A stretch of DNA of 55,110 nucleotides from an uncultured Armatimonadetes bacterium (GTDB lineage Bacteria > Armatimonadota > Fimbriimonadia > Fimbriimonadales > Fimbriimonadaceae), in contig CALMEF010000163.1 of the NCBI GenBank assembly GCA_937862825.1, forward strand, positions 1-55,110. The letters run 5' to 3'. Below are positions 7,662 to 16,216 of the stretch, piece after piece. The notes beneath the pieces are model-generated. The model saw only the letters and a list, made by a program, of their open reading frames with translations, had not been told where the DNA came from and searched no databases. How positions within the stretch are numbered: the stretch's first letter is position 1; each line of letters starts with the position of its first letter. A program made the position numbers and the translations under genes.

Positions 7662-8222
7662 TCACTTTTGTGGCAAAAAGCACCCGGTTGCGGCAATGGC
7701 AGGCTTAGAGACCTGTTTTCCAGCGATCACTTCCTGAAGGGCGACTGCCAGGTCCCTTCGAGAGACGGTTGCTTTTCGGGTTCCGTGGCTGGTGTACAAG
7801 TCATCGATTCGTCCTCGGTACATTACTTTGCCATTCTTAGCGATTACGGCCGCCTCAGGTGAAACGGTGGCACCGGTCGCCTTGACCAAGGTGAGTTTCC
7901 CGTCGAGCGTTGTTGGGAATGGCAGTCCAAAGTCTTTCGCGTGTTTAGCGGCCGACTCGGGGGTTAGGTCTGAATCGGGATAAACGGCAACGAAGTCCAC
8001 GTCCTTTTTGAATTCTGCGGCGAGCCGCTTCAATTCAGGTGCGTAGCGATTCGCTATCGGGCAGTCCGGCATTAGAAACATGAGGACGGTAATGCGCTTT
8101 GCATTGGGAACTTGCAGAGCCTTTCCATCCGTCGTCCTGATTGTAGTGGGCTTCAACGGTTGCTCGGGCAGGTCTGTTTGGCTGAAGGCGCAGATTGAGG
8201 CGAGCGCTATCAAGAAGTGCAT
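7662..8222 (-). CDS. Secreted thioredoxin-fold (redoxin/AhpC-TSA-like) protein
   Basis: 186 aa with a signal peptide. VLMFLMPDCPIANRY is at the usual thioredoxin-fold active-site position, but only one Cys is visible there. It is divergent from the CxxCH gene, with 19 bp between them. Confidence 0.7.
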   Translation of the reverse strand: MHFLIALASICAFSQTDLPEQPLKPTTIRTTDGKALQVPNAKRITVLMFLMPDCPIANRYAPELKRLAAEFKKDVDFVAVYPDSDLTPESAAKHAKDFGLPFPTTLDGKLTLVKATGATVSPEAAVIAKNGKVMYRGRIDDLYTSHGTRKATVSRRDLAVALQEVIAGKQVSKPAIAATGCFLPQK

Positions 8223-8241
8223 TACAATTGAGTAGACGCAA

Positions 8242-9384
8242 ATGGTAAGTGCACTTGTTCTGATGGCCGTGAGATTTGCTCAGGTGCCGACCTATGGTGA
8301 GCACATTGCTCCGCTCTTCACCAGAAGTTGTATGCCCTGTCATGCTCCTGGTGGTGCGGGTCCATTTCAGTTGGACACCTATCAGGCCGTTTCAAGGAGG
8401 TTGGAACTTATTCGAACGGTGACGCTTTCCCGGCAAATGCCTCCGCATCGGGCAACATCTGAGTTTGGGAACGTCACTCCAGTGCCAACGCTGTCGGACG
8501 AGGAACTGGTTCTTATCCAAGAGTGGCTCAAATCTGGTGCGAAGCAAGGGGCTTCCGAGCCACAGGTTGATGCAAAGACGGGGTCTGTGGAGGTTGTTAG
8601 GGGAAGACACGAAATCAAGGCTCCGCTGGTGGCGGAAGAAGGCCAGCCCTACTGGGTGACTTTTCGTTTGAATGTTGATCCGACCCATCTGAAGGTCGGA
8701 GGCATCAAGGTCACTCCGAAGGTTCCCACCGTTATTCGGCGAGTCGATGTTGCAATGAGCCGAGTTACCAGTTCAGTTGAACCGGTTCGTTCAAATGGCG
8801 ACTTCGCCTTTTCGGAGAAGCCCTTTCTTTCGTGGTCGGCTGGCTATGGCCAAGTTCTGGCGCCAGGACATTTTGAGTTGCCCAAGGACGGCCAAATTGT
8901 CGTTCAGGTGCTTTATACGCCGATCGGGCGGAAGGTATCAGGGGATTTTGTGCTTGAGTTCCTTGAAGGATCTGGTTCTAGGTTATCGCCTGTTGTGATT
9001 CACGAACGTGAGTTTGTCGTTCCATCCATGAAGGTTGCGCAGCTGTCACGCAGCATCACTTTGGATCGTGATCAAGTGTTTGGTGGCGTACTGACGTTTG
9101 GTCGAAAATTCGCTGCCGAGATCAAGATTGAGGCGGATATCCCGAACCAGGAAACCAAGTCCCTGCTATACATTCAGCATTTCAACTATCTCTGGGTGGG
9201 AAGTTACGTGCTTCCGAAACCGGTGCACCTTCCCAAGGGCACGACAATTAGAGTGACGTCAACCTACGACAACACCGAGCATTGCACCGCAAACGTTGGC
9301 CGTAACATCAGGCCAGTTCGACTTGGTCCAGGTTACGACGACGAAATCTATAAGTTTTCGTTGCTGATGGGCGAGGCTGAGTGA
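8242..9384 (+). CDS. PSCyt1-like CxxCH domain protein with a C-terminal beta-sandwich (possibly PHM/copper monooxygenase C-domain-like)
   Basis: The N-terminus HIAPLFTRSCMPCHAPGGAGPFQLDTYQ...MPP is a cytochrome c-type module. The C-terminal TSTYDNTEHCTAN...VRLGPGYDDE resembles YDNS..NP...V.WG....DEM motifs that I recall from monooxygenase-like domains fused to redoxins. That resemblance is unverified. Confidence 0.6.
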   Translation: MVSALVLMAVRFAQVPTYGEHIAPLFTRSCMPCHAPGGAGPFQLDTYQAVSRRLELIRTVTLSRQMPPHRATSEFGNVTPVPTLSDEELVLIQEWLKSGAKQGASEPQVDAKTGSVEVVRGRHEIKAPLVAEEGQPYWVTFRLNVDPTHLKVGGIKVTPKVPTVIRRVDVAMSRVTSSVEPVRSNGDFAFSEKPFLSWSAGYGQVLAPGHFELPKDGQIVVQVLYTPIGRKVSGDFVLEFLEGSGSRLSPVVIHEREFVVPSMKVAQLSRSITLDRDQVFGGVLTFGRKFAAEIKIEADIPNQETKSLLYIQHFNYLWVGSYVLPKPVHLPKGTTIRVTSTYDNTEHCTANVGRNIRPVRLGPGYDDEIYKFSLLMGEAE

Positions 9385-9464
9385 ACGTTCGGTCACCTCA
9401 TCGTCGTCACTCTTGTTAGAGGGCGTCGGTTTTCTTTCGTCTCCCCCATTGGTTTGGTGTACTC

Positions 9465-11057
9465 ATGGTATCAAAATTTTTCAAGACTTTCGGACTTGTC
9501 GCACTTGCTGCGCTTGTTACGAGCGCAAGTGCTCAATACACTTCTGACAAGGTGAGCATGTACTCGCAGTTGACCCCTGCTAGCCAAGGAGCCGCAAGCG
9601 GCAACAGTTGTTGGGGCTATGTTTCACCCTCAGGTCGCGAGTATGCGATCATGGGATATGACAACAAGGTCACCTTCGTTGACATTACAAACCCCTCGGC
9701 TCCGGTAGTGAAGGGGTCGGTTCCGCACACGGCAAGCCTCTGGGCGGACGTCAAGGTTCACGGCAGCGTGTGTTATGTGGTCAGTGAGGCAAACATCGGC
9801 ATTCAGGTTATTGACATGTCGAACATTGACACCAGCGGAGTGACCCTGGTGCGCACCATTACATCACCGGGCAGGTCTCACACGATCGCCGTTGATAATG
9901 TCAGCGGTTTCCTCTACACCTGCGGTTCGAATAACGGCACTGGCACGACGACGTGCTTCGACCTGAGCGATCCTCTCAATCCGGTCCAAGTTGGGTCTGC
10001 GTCTCTCACCCCCGTTTACATGCATGAGGCCCAGGTTGTGACCTATACGAGTGGTCCCTACGCTGGACGACAGATCATGTTCGGTCACAGCGAAGGTCGA
10101 GGACTCGATATTTATGACGTAACGAACAAGAGCGCCACGTTCTTGGTAAAGCGCGTCGCCTACCCCAACGTCAGATACACCCACCAAGGATGGTTGAGCG
10201 AGGACCGAAAGTGGTTTTACGTTGACGATGAACTTGATGAGGACGTCAATGGCAACACTGGCCCACGGTCGCTGACACGCGTTTTCAATGTCGAGAACCT
10301 TCTGGAAGCCGAGATGGTTGGCACCTTTTCAAACGGTTTGGCCAAGGATCACAACCAGTATTGGCGCGACGGCTTTCTGTTCCAGGCGAACTACCGATCC
10401 GGTCTCCGTATTTGGGACGTTAGCGAGGACCCGATCAACGCTCGCCAAGCCGGGTGGTTTGATACCTATCCGAATAGCAACTCGACCGCATATGACGGTG
10501 CGTGGTCGTGCTACGCATTTTTCCCCAGCAATACCGTCATTATCAGCGATATTAACCGCGGCCTCTTCGTGATGAATGTTCAAGCGGCGACGACGCGCAC
10601 GCTGTCCGCTACGACTTACTCAGTGGTTGAGGGAGAGGAGTTCAGTGGTAGCCTGGCCTCACTCAAGAACTCGGATGACGATCGGCTCGAACTCTTCAAC
10701 GATGCCACTACACTGGCCGCGACGATTGAACTCAATGCCAAGTCTGGTGTGAAGCGCCTCAGCAGCATTAAGGTGAAGGTTGAGGCGAGCGTCGCTCGCC
10801 CAGGACTTTCACAATCGGTAATGGCTTTCCGCTTTAGCGACAGTTCGTGGCAACTTGTCGGCGGCACCACCGCTTCGACAACTGACGCCGTATCGGAGTC
10901 GACAATCTCGACCAACGTAGGGAACTTCGTTGATGCACAAGGGAATCTTAGGATTCGACTGAGTTTCGCACCGATCAATGATGAAGACCCTGCCCAGGAT
11001 GGTTGGTTGCACAGTGTTGATCAAGTGAACTGGACTGCGGTTCCCTATACACCGTAG
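9465..11057 (+). CDS. Secreted choice-of-anchor B / LVIVD-repeat beta-propeller family protein
   Basis: 530 aa with a signal peptide. CWGYVSPSGREYAIMGYDNKVTFVDITNPSAPV...WADVKVHGSVCYVVSE is typical of choice-of-anchor B proteins. It has a C-terminal extra beta domain. Confidence 0.7.
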   Translation: MVSKFFKTFGLVALAALVTSASAQYTSDKVSMYSQLTPASQGAASGNSCWGYVSPSGREYAIMGYDNKVTFVDITNPSAPVVKGSVPHTASLWADVKVHGSVCYVVSEANIGIQVIDMSNIDTSGVTLVRTITSPGRSHTIAVDNVSGFLYTCGSNNGTGTTTCFDLSDPLNPVQVGSASLTPVYMHEAQVVTYTSGPYAGRQIMFGHSEGRGLDIYDVTNKSATFLVKRVAYPNVRYTHQGWLSEDRKWFYVDDELDEDVNGNTGPRSLTRVFNVENLLEAEMVGTFSNGLAKDHNQYWRDGFLFQANYRSGLRIWDVSEDPINARQAGWFDTYPNSNSTAYDGAWSCYAFFPSNTVIISDINRGLFVMNVQAATTRTLSATTYSVVEGEEFSGSLASLKNSDDDRLELFNDATTLAATIELNAKSGVKRLSSIKVKVEASVARPGLSQSVMAFRFSDSSWQLVGGTTASTTDAVSESTISTNVGNFVDAQGNLRIRLSFAPINDEDPAQDGWLHSVDQVNWTAVPYTP

Positions 11058-11081
11058 GTTGCCTGGACAAACAATCTGGAG

Positions 11082-11112
11082 TGGCCCTCGCTTTTCGGCG
11101 AGGGCCATTTTT
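11082..11112 (+). terminator. Rho-independent terminator after the choice-of-anchor B gene
   Basis: TGGCCCTCGC (11082-11091), a loop, GCGAGGGCCA (11098-11107), then TTTTT (11108-11112). Confidence 0.75.
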
Positions 11113-11160
11113 GTTTCAAGGCATTTTGAGGCTGCAATCTGTCAAAATTGACCTCCCGCC

Positions 11161-13467
11161 ATGTTCTTCAACAAGTACCCTCACCGCGCCAATTTCACGT
11201 TCGCTGAGGAGTACCCGGAACCTGGACAATCGCTTAAGATTGGTGATCGGACATTTGAAGCCGTTGCCGAACACTATGCGAACGGCATCATTCGCCTGAA
11301 GGTTCAAAACCGCAAACTCTGGCGCGAAAATTTGTGCCTTGCCCCTGTGGACTTGCCGGGCCTTGATCGAACGACGTCATTGGACGTTAAGGTCAAGGGG
11401 CGAAATGGCAAAACTCTGCTAGCTTTTGTGCCCGGCGGTGGCTTTGGAGTCTCGGGAGAATCGCACATGTTTCAGTTTGCGATTGGTGACGACGCCAAGT
11501 TCTATGGAATGGGCGAGAAGTTCTTCGGGCAGATTGAGTTGAGTGGGTTGCGTACCAAGTTTTGGACCACCGACGTTTGGAGCGATTTTCACTTCTCGCA
11601 GTGGTTGGAACATGTTGCTGACCCGCCCTATTTTTCGACCCCATACGTTGTGGCGAATATAGGCGGAGAGTGGATTGGTTTCCTGCTTCACAACCCGTAT
11701 CCCACCTTCATTGAGACTCCGGGGACGGACGAGTCACGAGTCTTCGTCGAATGGCAACGCACTGCCCCTAACCTCATTCTAGGTTCGGAGGGTGGTGAGC
11801 CCAATCTGTACATCATTCCCGGACCCACACTCGCCGAGGTCACACGAAAGTTGCAGCGGCTTGTTGGGACGGTTCCATTGCCGCCCTTGTGGTCCCTTGG
11901 ATATCACCAGTCTCGTTGGGAATATGGTGGCGACAAGGATTTGATGGAACTCGATTCCAAGTTCAACGAGCACAAGATTCCGTGCGATGGGTTGTGGCTC
12001 GATCTTGACTGGATGGACGGATTTCGCATTTTCAAGACCGATTCGAAGCAGTTTCCGAAGGGTGCTGCGGATACGGCCGCCAAGTTGGCAAAGTCGGGTC
12101 GTCGCATCGTGCCCATTATTGATCCAGGAGTGAAATCGGAGCGTGGCTACAAGGTTTACGACCACGGTATCGCTTCGGATGTCTTCTGCCGTAACGTGGA
12201 AGGGAAGCCTTACATTGGGATGGTGTGGCCCGGCGAAACTGTTTTTCCCGACTTCTCGCTCAGCAGGGTTCGCAAGTGGTGGGCCAAGTATGCAAAGGAG
12301 TTTCGCCTTGAAGGTTATGGTGCATGTTGGGTAGACATGAATGACCCCTCAACGGGTCCAGTTGATCCGACTGGGATGCGGTTTGATTGCGGTCGCCTCC
12401 CTCATGAAGCCCACCATAACCAATACGCTCTTGGAATGCAGATGGCAACCTTTGACGGCTTCCTGCAGGCCAAGCGAAATGAGCGCCCCTTCATTCTTTC
12501 AAGGTCCGGGTTTATCGGTTCAAGTCGCTATGCGGCAATCTGGACTGGTGACAACATGTCGTCGTACCACTACCTGAAGATGTCGATTCCAACCACAATC
12601 GGCATGTCCTTGAGTGGCTGCCCGTTCAATGGACCAGACTGTGTTGGCTTTGGGGGCGACGCCAGCGAGGAACTGTTCCTCGACTGGATCAAGGCAGGTT
12701 TCTTGTTCCCGTTCATGCGGAACCACTCAATCAAGGATTCTCGCCGCCAGGAGCCCTGGGCATTCTCGAAGAAAGCGCTTGGGATTGCCCGTCACTACAT
12801 TCAACTGCGCTACAAACTTTTGCCTTACCTTTACAACCTCTTTATTGATCAGGAGGAACGCGGTGATCCAATACTGAGGCCCTTGATTTATCACTTCGAG
12901 GATCCCGAGTTCGCGAACGCATCCCATTCCTTTTTGGTTGGTCCTTCAATTCTGCAGGCACCCAAGGTCCACGAGGGCAACGCCAGATTTAAGGTCCAAC
13001 TACCAGAAGGTAAGTGGTTTGACGCGCGAACGGGGTCTTGGCGGCAGGGTACGGTGCAGGTTGTTCCCGAGGCTCGGGAGACGCCCTTCTTCATTGCCAA
13101 CGGCTCGATTATTCCCATGCAACGAGGCGTCCCTACGAGTTCCAAGAAGGACATGCGAAATGTAGAAATCCATGTTTTCGCATGTCCAGGCACCTCGGGG
13201 CAGTCCACCTATGAATATCGTTGCGATGATGGCATCTCCTATGGTTATCGCCGTGGAAAGCGCTCGTCGCTTGCAGTCACCCTGAAGTGGAGCGGCCGTT
13301 CCGTTGAAGTCACCACGCAGCAAACAGCAAACGGGTTTGGTCGAATTCGACCTCGGTTAGTTTTTCATGGCATTTCGAATGCCAAAGTGAATGGATTCGC
13401 AGTTGAACTTACGTCCACTCGAGTTCGCCTGAGCGGACGGATGCTTTCGGCTGTCAGGGTTGCTTAG
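11161..13467 (+). CDS. Glycoside hydrolase family 31 (alpha-glucosidase/alpha-xylosidase-like)
   Basis: 768 aa. GH31 signatures are present: GLWLDLDWMDGFRIF, ACWVDMNDPS (nucleophile region), WTGDN, and FPFMRNHS. Confidence 0.9.
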   Translation: MFFNKYPHRANFTFAEEYPEPGQSLKIGDRTFEAVAEHYANGIIRLKVQNRKLWRENLCLAPVDLPGLDRTTSLDVKVKGRNGKTLLAFVPGGGFGVSGESHMFQFAIGDDAKFYGMGEKFFGQIELSGLRTKFWTTDVWSDFHFSQWLEHVADPPYFSTPYVVANIGGEWIGFLLHNPYPTFIETPGTDESRVFVEWQRTAPNLILGSEGGEPNLYIIPGPTLAEVTRKLQRLVGTVPLPPLWSLGYHQSRWEYGGDKDLMELDSKFNEHKIPCDGLWLDLDWMDGFRIFKTDSKQFPKGAADTAAKLAKSGRRIVPIIDPGVKSERGYKVYDHGIASDVFCRNVEGKPYIGMVWPGETVFPDFSLSRVRKWWAKYAKEFRLEGYGACWVDMNDPSTGPVDPTGMRFDCGRLPHEAHHNQYALGMQMATFDGFLQAKRNERPFILSRSGFIGSSRYAAIWTGDNMSSYHYLKMSIPTTIGMSLSGCPFNGPDCVGFGGDASEELFLDWIKAGFLFPFMRNHSIKDSRRQEPWAFSKKALGIARHYIQLRYKLLPYLYNLFIDQEERGDPILRPLIYHFEDPEFANASHSFLVGPSILQAPKVHEGNARFKVQLPEGKWFDARTGSWRQGTVQVVPEARETPFFIANGSIIPMQRGVPTSSKKDMRNVEIHVFACPGTSGQSTYEYRCDDGISYGYRRGKRSSLAVTLKWSGRSVEVTTQQTANGFGRIRPRLVFHGISNAKVNGFAVELTSTRVRLSGRMLSAVRVA

Positions 13468-14962
13468 GAGCGATACAAAGTAGGGCTCCTCCCCGTATGC
13501 CAACGTAGACGTTGCCGTTCCAAGCGATAGGCGAGCCTTCAACGTTGGCACCCAACGGCAGGGGATCGTCCCCGATTAGAGATTCTCCGGTTTTGGCACT
13601 GAGGATACGGGCATGTCCGACGGAGTCGGCGCAGAAGACCGCATCGCCAGCCACAATTGGTGAAGACCACGCAAAGGCGCTGAGCCGTTGTTTCCATCGT
13701 AACTTGCCCGTTGCCAAGTCAAGCGCTACAACAAAGCCTCGACCAATAGTCGGGTGGTGCGAGGTCGTGAAGATCACAGACTGAGGTCCCTGCTTGGGCA
13801 GGTAGAGGGCGCCAGTGCTGAGGATTCCGCCATTCACCGGATGGGCCCCCAAGATGCTTCCAGCCTGGAACTCCCATTTCCACCTCGTGGTGAAAGTGCC
13901 GCCTGGCTTTCCGGGTTGCTTCAAACAGAACACGATTCCCTTTGCATTTGCACCGGTTCGCTTGTCCTTCTCAATTCCTACGATGAGGTCGCCGTTTGGG
14001 GAAATCACGATCGTTGAGTCCGTGTCGTCACCCAGTTCTGCGACGGTTCGGAACCTTCTGGGGTCTCGCAAGTTGATCTCACGCACGGTTCCTTTGTTGT
14101 CGGCAACGTAGCCTAAATCGTTCCAGACGGCCATGGAAGACTCCATGCCGACCTTGCTCAGGACTGTCTTTCTGACCTTTGGCTTGATACTCAGTTTTCC
14201 GGTGGCTACGTCCCACGACGAGTTCAACTTTACGTCGAAAAACAGTCCATTTTCGCAGGGTAAGAACAGCGTATCATCAAGAATCAGTGCATTGGAATCT
14301 GAACCTGGCCATTTCCGCGGTGCTATGGGATCATCTGCGGGCAAGGCAAGCAACTCTTTGTAACTGAGCAGTGAGAAGACTCGAAACGCGGGCTTTGGTC
14401 CGACGCGAACGCCACAGCCGACATAAAGGAGAGGGAATCCCCGTGGATCAATCGAAACCGTACCCTTGATGGGATAGGGTGACGGCATCTTTAGCGGCTT
14501 TCGGCTGGGTTTGCCAGTGTCAGCGTCGACAAAGTGAACGTAGCCGTTTAGGGCACCGCAGATAAGTTCTCTTGCTGGGCCCGGTTGCTTTGTGAAGTTC
14601 ATCCACTTTCGTATCTCCTTCGGCCATTCGACGATGAGGGTTTGACCGGTCCAGCCCACTCCTGTCCATCGTCCATCGGTCGATCCGAGGATTGGGTAAC
14701 TCCACCGAACTTCAACTTCACCGGTGGGCAAGGCACCATCTCCGTAGTAGTTTCTCTGTGGGTTGCCTCGAAAGCAGGTGACACCTTTGAATGCTTGATT
14801 AATCGGGATTCCAATGGCTTCCGATGGCCATAAGACATCGGATCGAAGTTTGGTTGTCTGAGCAGGATCGGCTGGCTTTGGAGTCACAGACTGCTTGGCT
14901 TGCCCTCCTTTTGGTTGACGTCCCACTAAAAAGATCCCCAGCAACAGGGTAGCCAACTTCAT
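13454..14962 (-). CDS. Secreted PQQ-like/BamB-like beta-propeller repeat protein
   Basis: 502 aa with a signal peptide. It has repeated ..D..TGK..W/.. blades (HFVDADTGKP, VALDLATGKLRWK, LSAKTGESL). It overlaps the GH31 3' end convergently by 14 nt. Confidence 0.65.
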   Translation of the reverse strand: MKLATLLLGIFLVGRQPKGGQAKQSVTPKPADPAQTTKLRSDVLWPSEAIGIPINQAFKGVTCFRGNPQRNYYGDGALPTGEVEVRWSYPILGSTDGRWTGVGWTGQTLIVEWPKEIRKWMNFTKQPGPARELICGALNGYVHFVDADTGKPSRKPLKMPSPYPIKGTVSIDPRGFPLLYVGCGVRVGPKPAFRVFSLLSYKELLALPADDPIAPRKWPGSDSNALILDDTLFLPCENGLFFDVKLNSSWDVATGKLSIKPKVRKTVLSKVGMESSMAVWNDLGYVADNKGTVREINLRDPRRFRTVAELGDDTDSTIVISPNGDLIVGIEKDKRTGANAKGIVFCLKQPGKPGGTFTTRWKWEFQAGSILGAHPVNGGILSTGALYLPKQGPQSVIFTTSHHPTIGRGFVVALDLATGKLRWKQRLSAFAWSSPIVAGDAVFCADSVGHARILSAKTGESLIGDDPLPLGANVEGSPIAWNGNVYVGIRGGALLCIAPKQP

Positions 14963-14996
14963 TTCGCTCGTTAAGTTACCCGTATACTAGGGCGCA

Positions 14997-15551
14997 ATGA
15001 TTCGGGCCGAAAACCTTGGCAAGCGGTTTCAAGCCGCCTGGGTTTTTCGTGGTCTAACCTTTGAGGTCTTGGCTGGTCAATGTCTGGTTGTCATGGGGCG
15101 CAACGGCGCGGGGAAGTCGACGCTCCTCAAGACGCTCTCTGGGTTGATTGTTCCGACTGAAGGAAAGGTCGAAGCCAACTCAGCCATCGCACATTCGGCT
15201 CTTGATCAGGCGACCTATTCGGACCTGAGCCCGAGAGAGCACCTAAGGTTCTTCGATCAGTTTGGCGACCCCGAGGCTTGGTTAAGGCAAGTTGGGTTGG
15301 AGGAGCCAGCCTGGGATCGTCCATGCAGCAATCTCTCTACTGGGATGCGGGCGCGAGTCAAACTTGCAATTGCCCTGCAGTCCCGTCGAAAGATCCTTCT
15401 ACTTGATGAGCCTTCGGCGGGCATTGATGAGGCAGGCAGGTCGGTTTTTGCGAGCGCTATCGAACAAGTGGTTTCCAACGAAGGCGTCGTGATTCTGGCG
15501 ACCAATGACCATCAGGATCGGAGGCTGGCAACTCATGAACTCGAACTTTAG
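14997..15551 (+). CDS. ccmA: Short ABC ATPase, CcmA-like (heme exporter ATP-binding subunit)
   Basis: 184 aa. Walker A is GRNGAGKSTLL, the signature is LSTGMRARV, and Walker B is LLLDEPSAGID. The small size and the adjacent CcmB-like permease support the call. Confidence 0.7.
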   Translation: MIRAENLGKRFQAAWVFRGLTFEVLAGQCLVVMGRNGAGKSTLLKTLSGLIVPTEGKVEANSAIAHSALDQATYSDLSPREHLRFFDQFGDPEAWLRQVGLEEPAWDRPCSNLSTGMRARVKLAIALQSRRKILLLDEPSAGIDEAGRSVFASAIEQVVSNEGVVILATNDHQDRRLATHELEL

Positions 15552-16215
15552 GAGCGAAGTCGTTGCGGTTCTCAAAAAGGAGTACCTCTGCGAGATTCGG
15601 GGCAAGGGTGGTTGGCAGTCCGCTGGACTCTTTTTGCTCGTGTCGACCATCATCCTCAGCGTCGGGCTGGCTGGCGAGAAGTTGAGTGGAGGGATGGCTG
15701 CCGCGGTCATTTGGGCGTTGCTGCTGTTTGCTTCCAGCGTCGGGCTACCAAGAACTTTTCTACACGAGGAAGAACAGGGTACTGCAGACCTGCTCCGCAT
15801 ATACGCCGACGCCGGTGCAGTGTTTCTTGGGAAGGCGCTCTTCAATCTTGCCCAGTCCCTTGTTGCGGGGACCATCTTGTCATTCTTATTCTTCCTGCTC
15901 ACGGAAGTGACGATCACTGATCCGGGGCAGTACATCTTGAGTTTGTTAGGTGGATGCATCGCCATTTCTGCCTCGATGACACTATGTGCGGCTCTCGTTG
16001 CTCAAGCCGCATATCGGAGTGCGTTGGTGGGCGCGATCGCTCTACCCCTACTTGTTCCGGTTGCGATTCTTGGAGTGTCAGCAATGAAAACGTCGATGGG
16101 GAGTGGTCTGCCAGAGGTAGGACGCTCGGCGTTACTTGGGTTGATCGGATATGGCGTTTTCTCATTCGCCGTTGGTCCGCCCCTCTTTCGGGTGCTTTGG
16201 GCGGTAAAGTCCTAG
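15535..16215 (+). CDS. ccmB: CcmB-like heme exporter permease
   Basis: A polytopic protein with AAVIWALLLFASSVGLPRTFLHEEEQGTADLL, a CcmB-type conserved segment. I prefer ATG 15535 (GGAGG 10 nt upstream) over the track start 15505. Confidence 0.7.
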   Translation: MNSNFRSEVVAVLKKEYLCEIRGKGGWQSAGLFLLVSTIILSVGLAGEKLSGGMAAAVIWALLLFASSVGLPRTFLHEEEQGTADLLRIYADAGAVFLGKALFNLAQSLVAGTILSFLFFLLTEVTITDPGQYILSLLGGCIAISASMTLCAALVAQAAYRSALVGAIALPLLVPVAILGVSAMKTSMGSGLPEVGRSALLGLIGYGVFSFAVGPPLFRVLWAVKS

Positions 16216-16216
16216 G

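Noticed and set aside
15505-15534. Upstream ATG giving a 47-nt overlap of ccmB with ccmA
   Set aside because: ATG 15535 has a GGAGG 10 nt upstream and removes a non-conserved N-terminal extension. The longer form has no SD.
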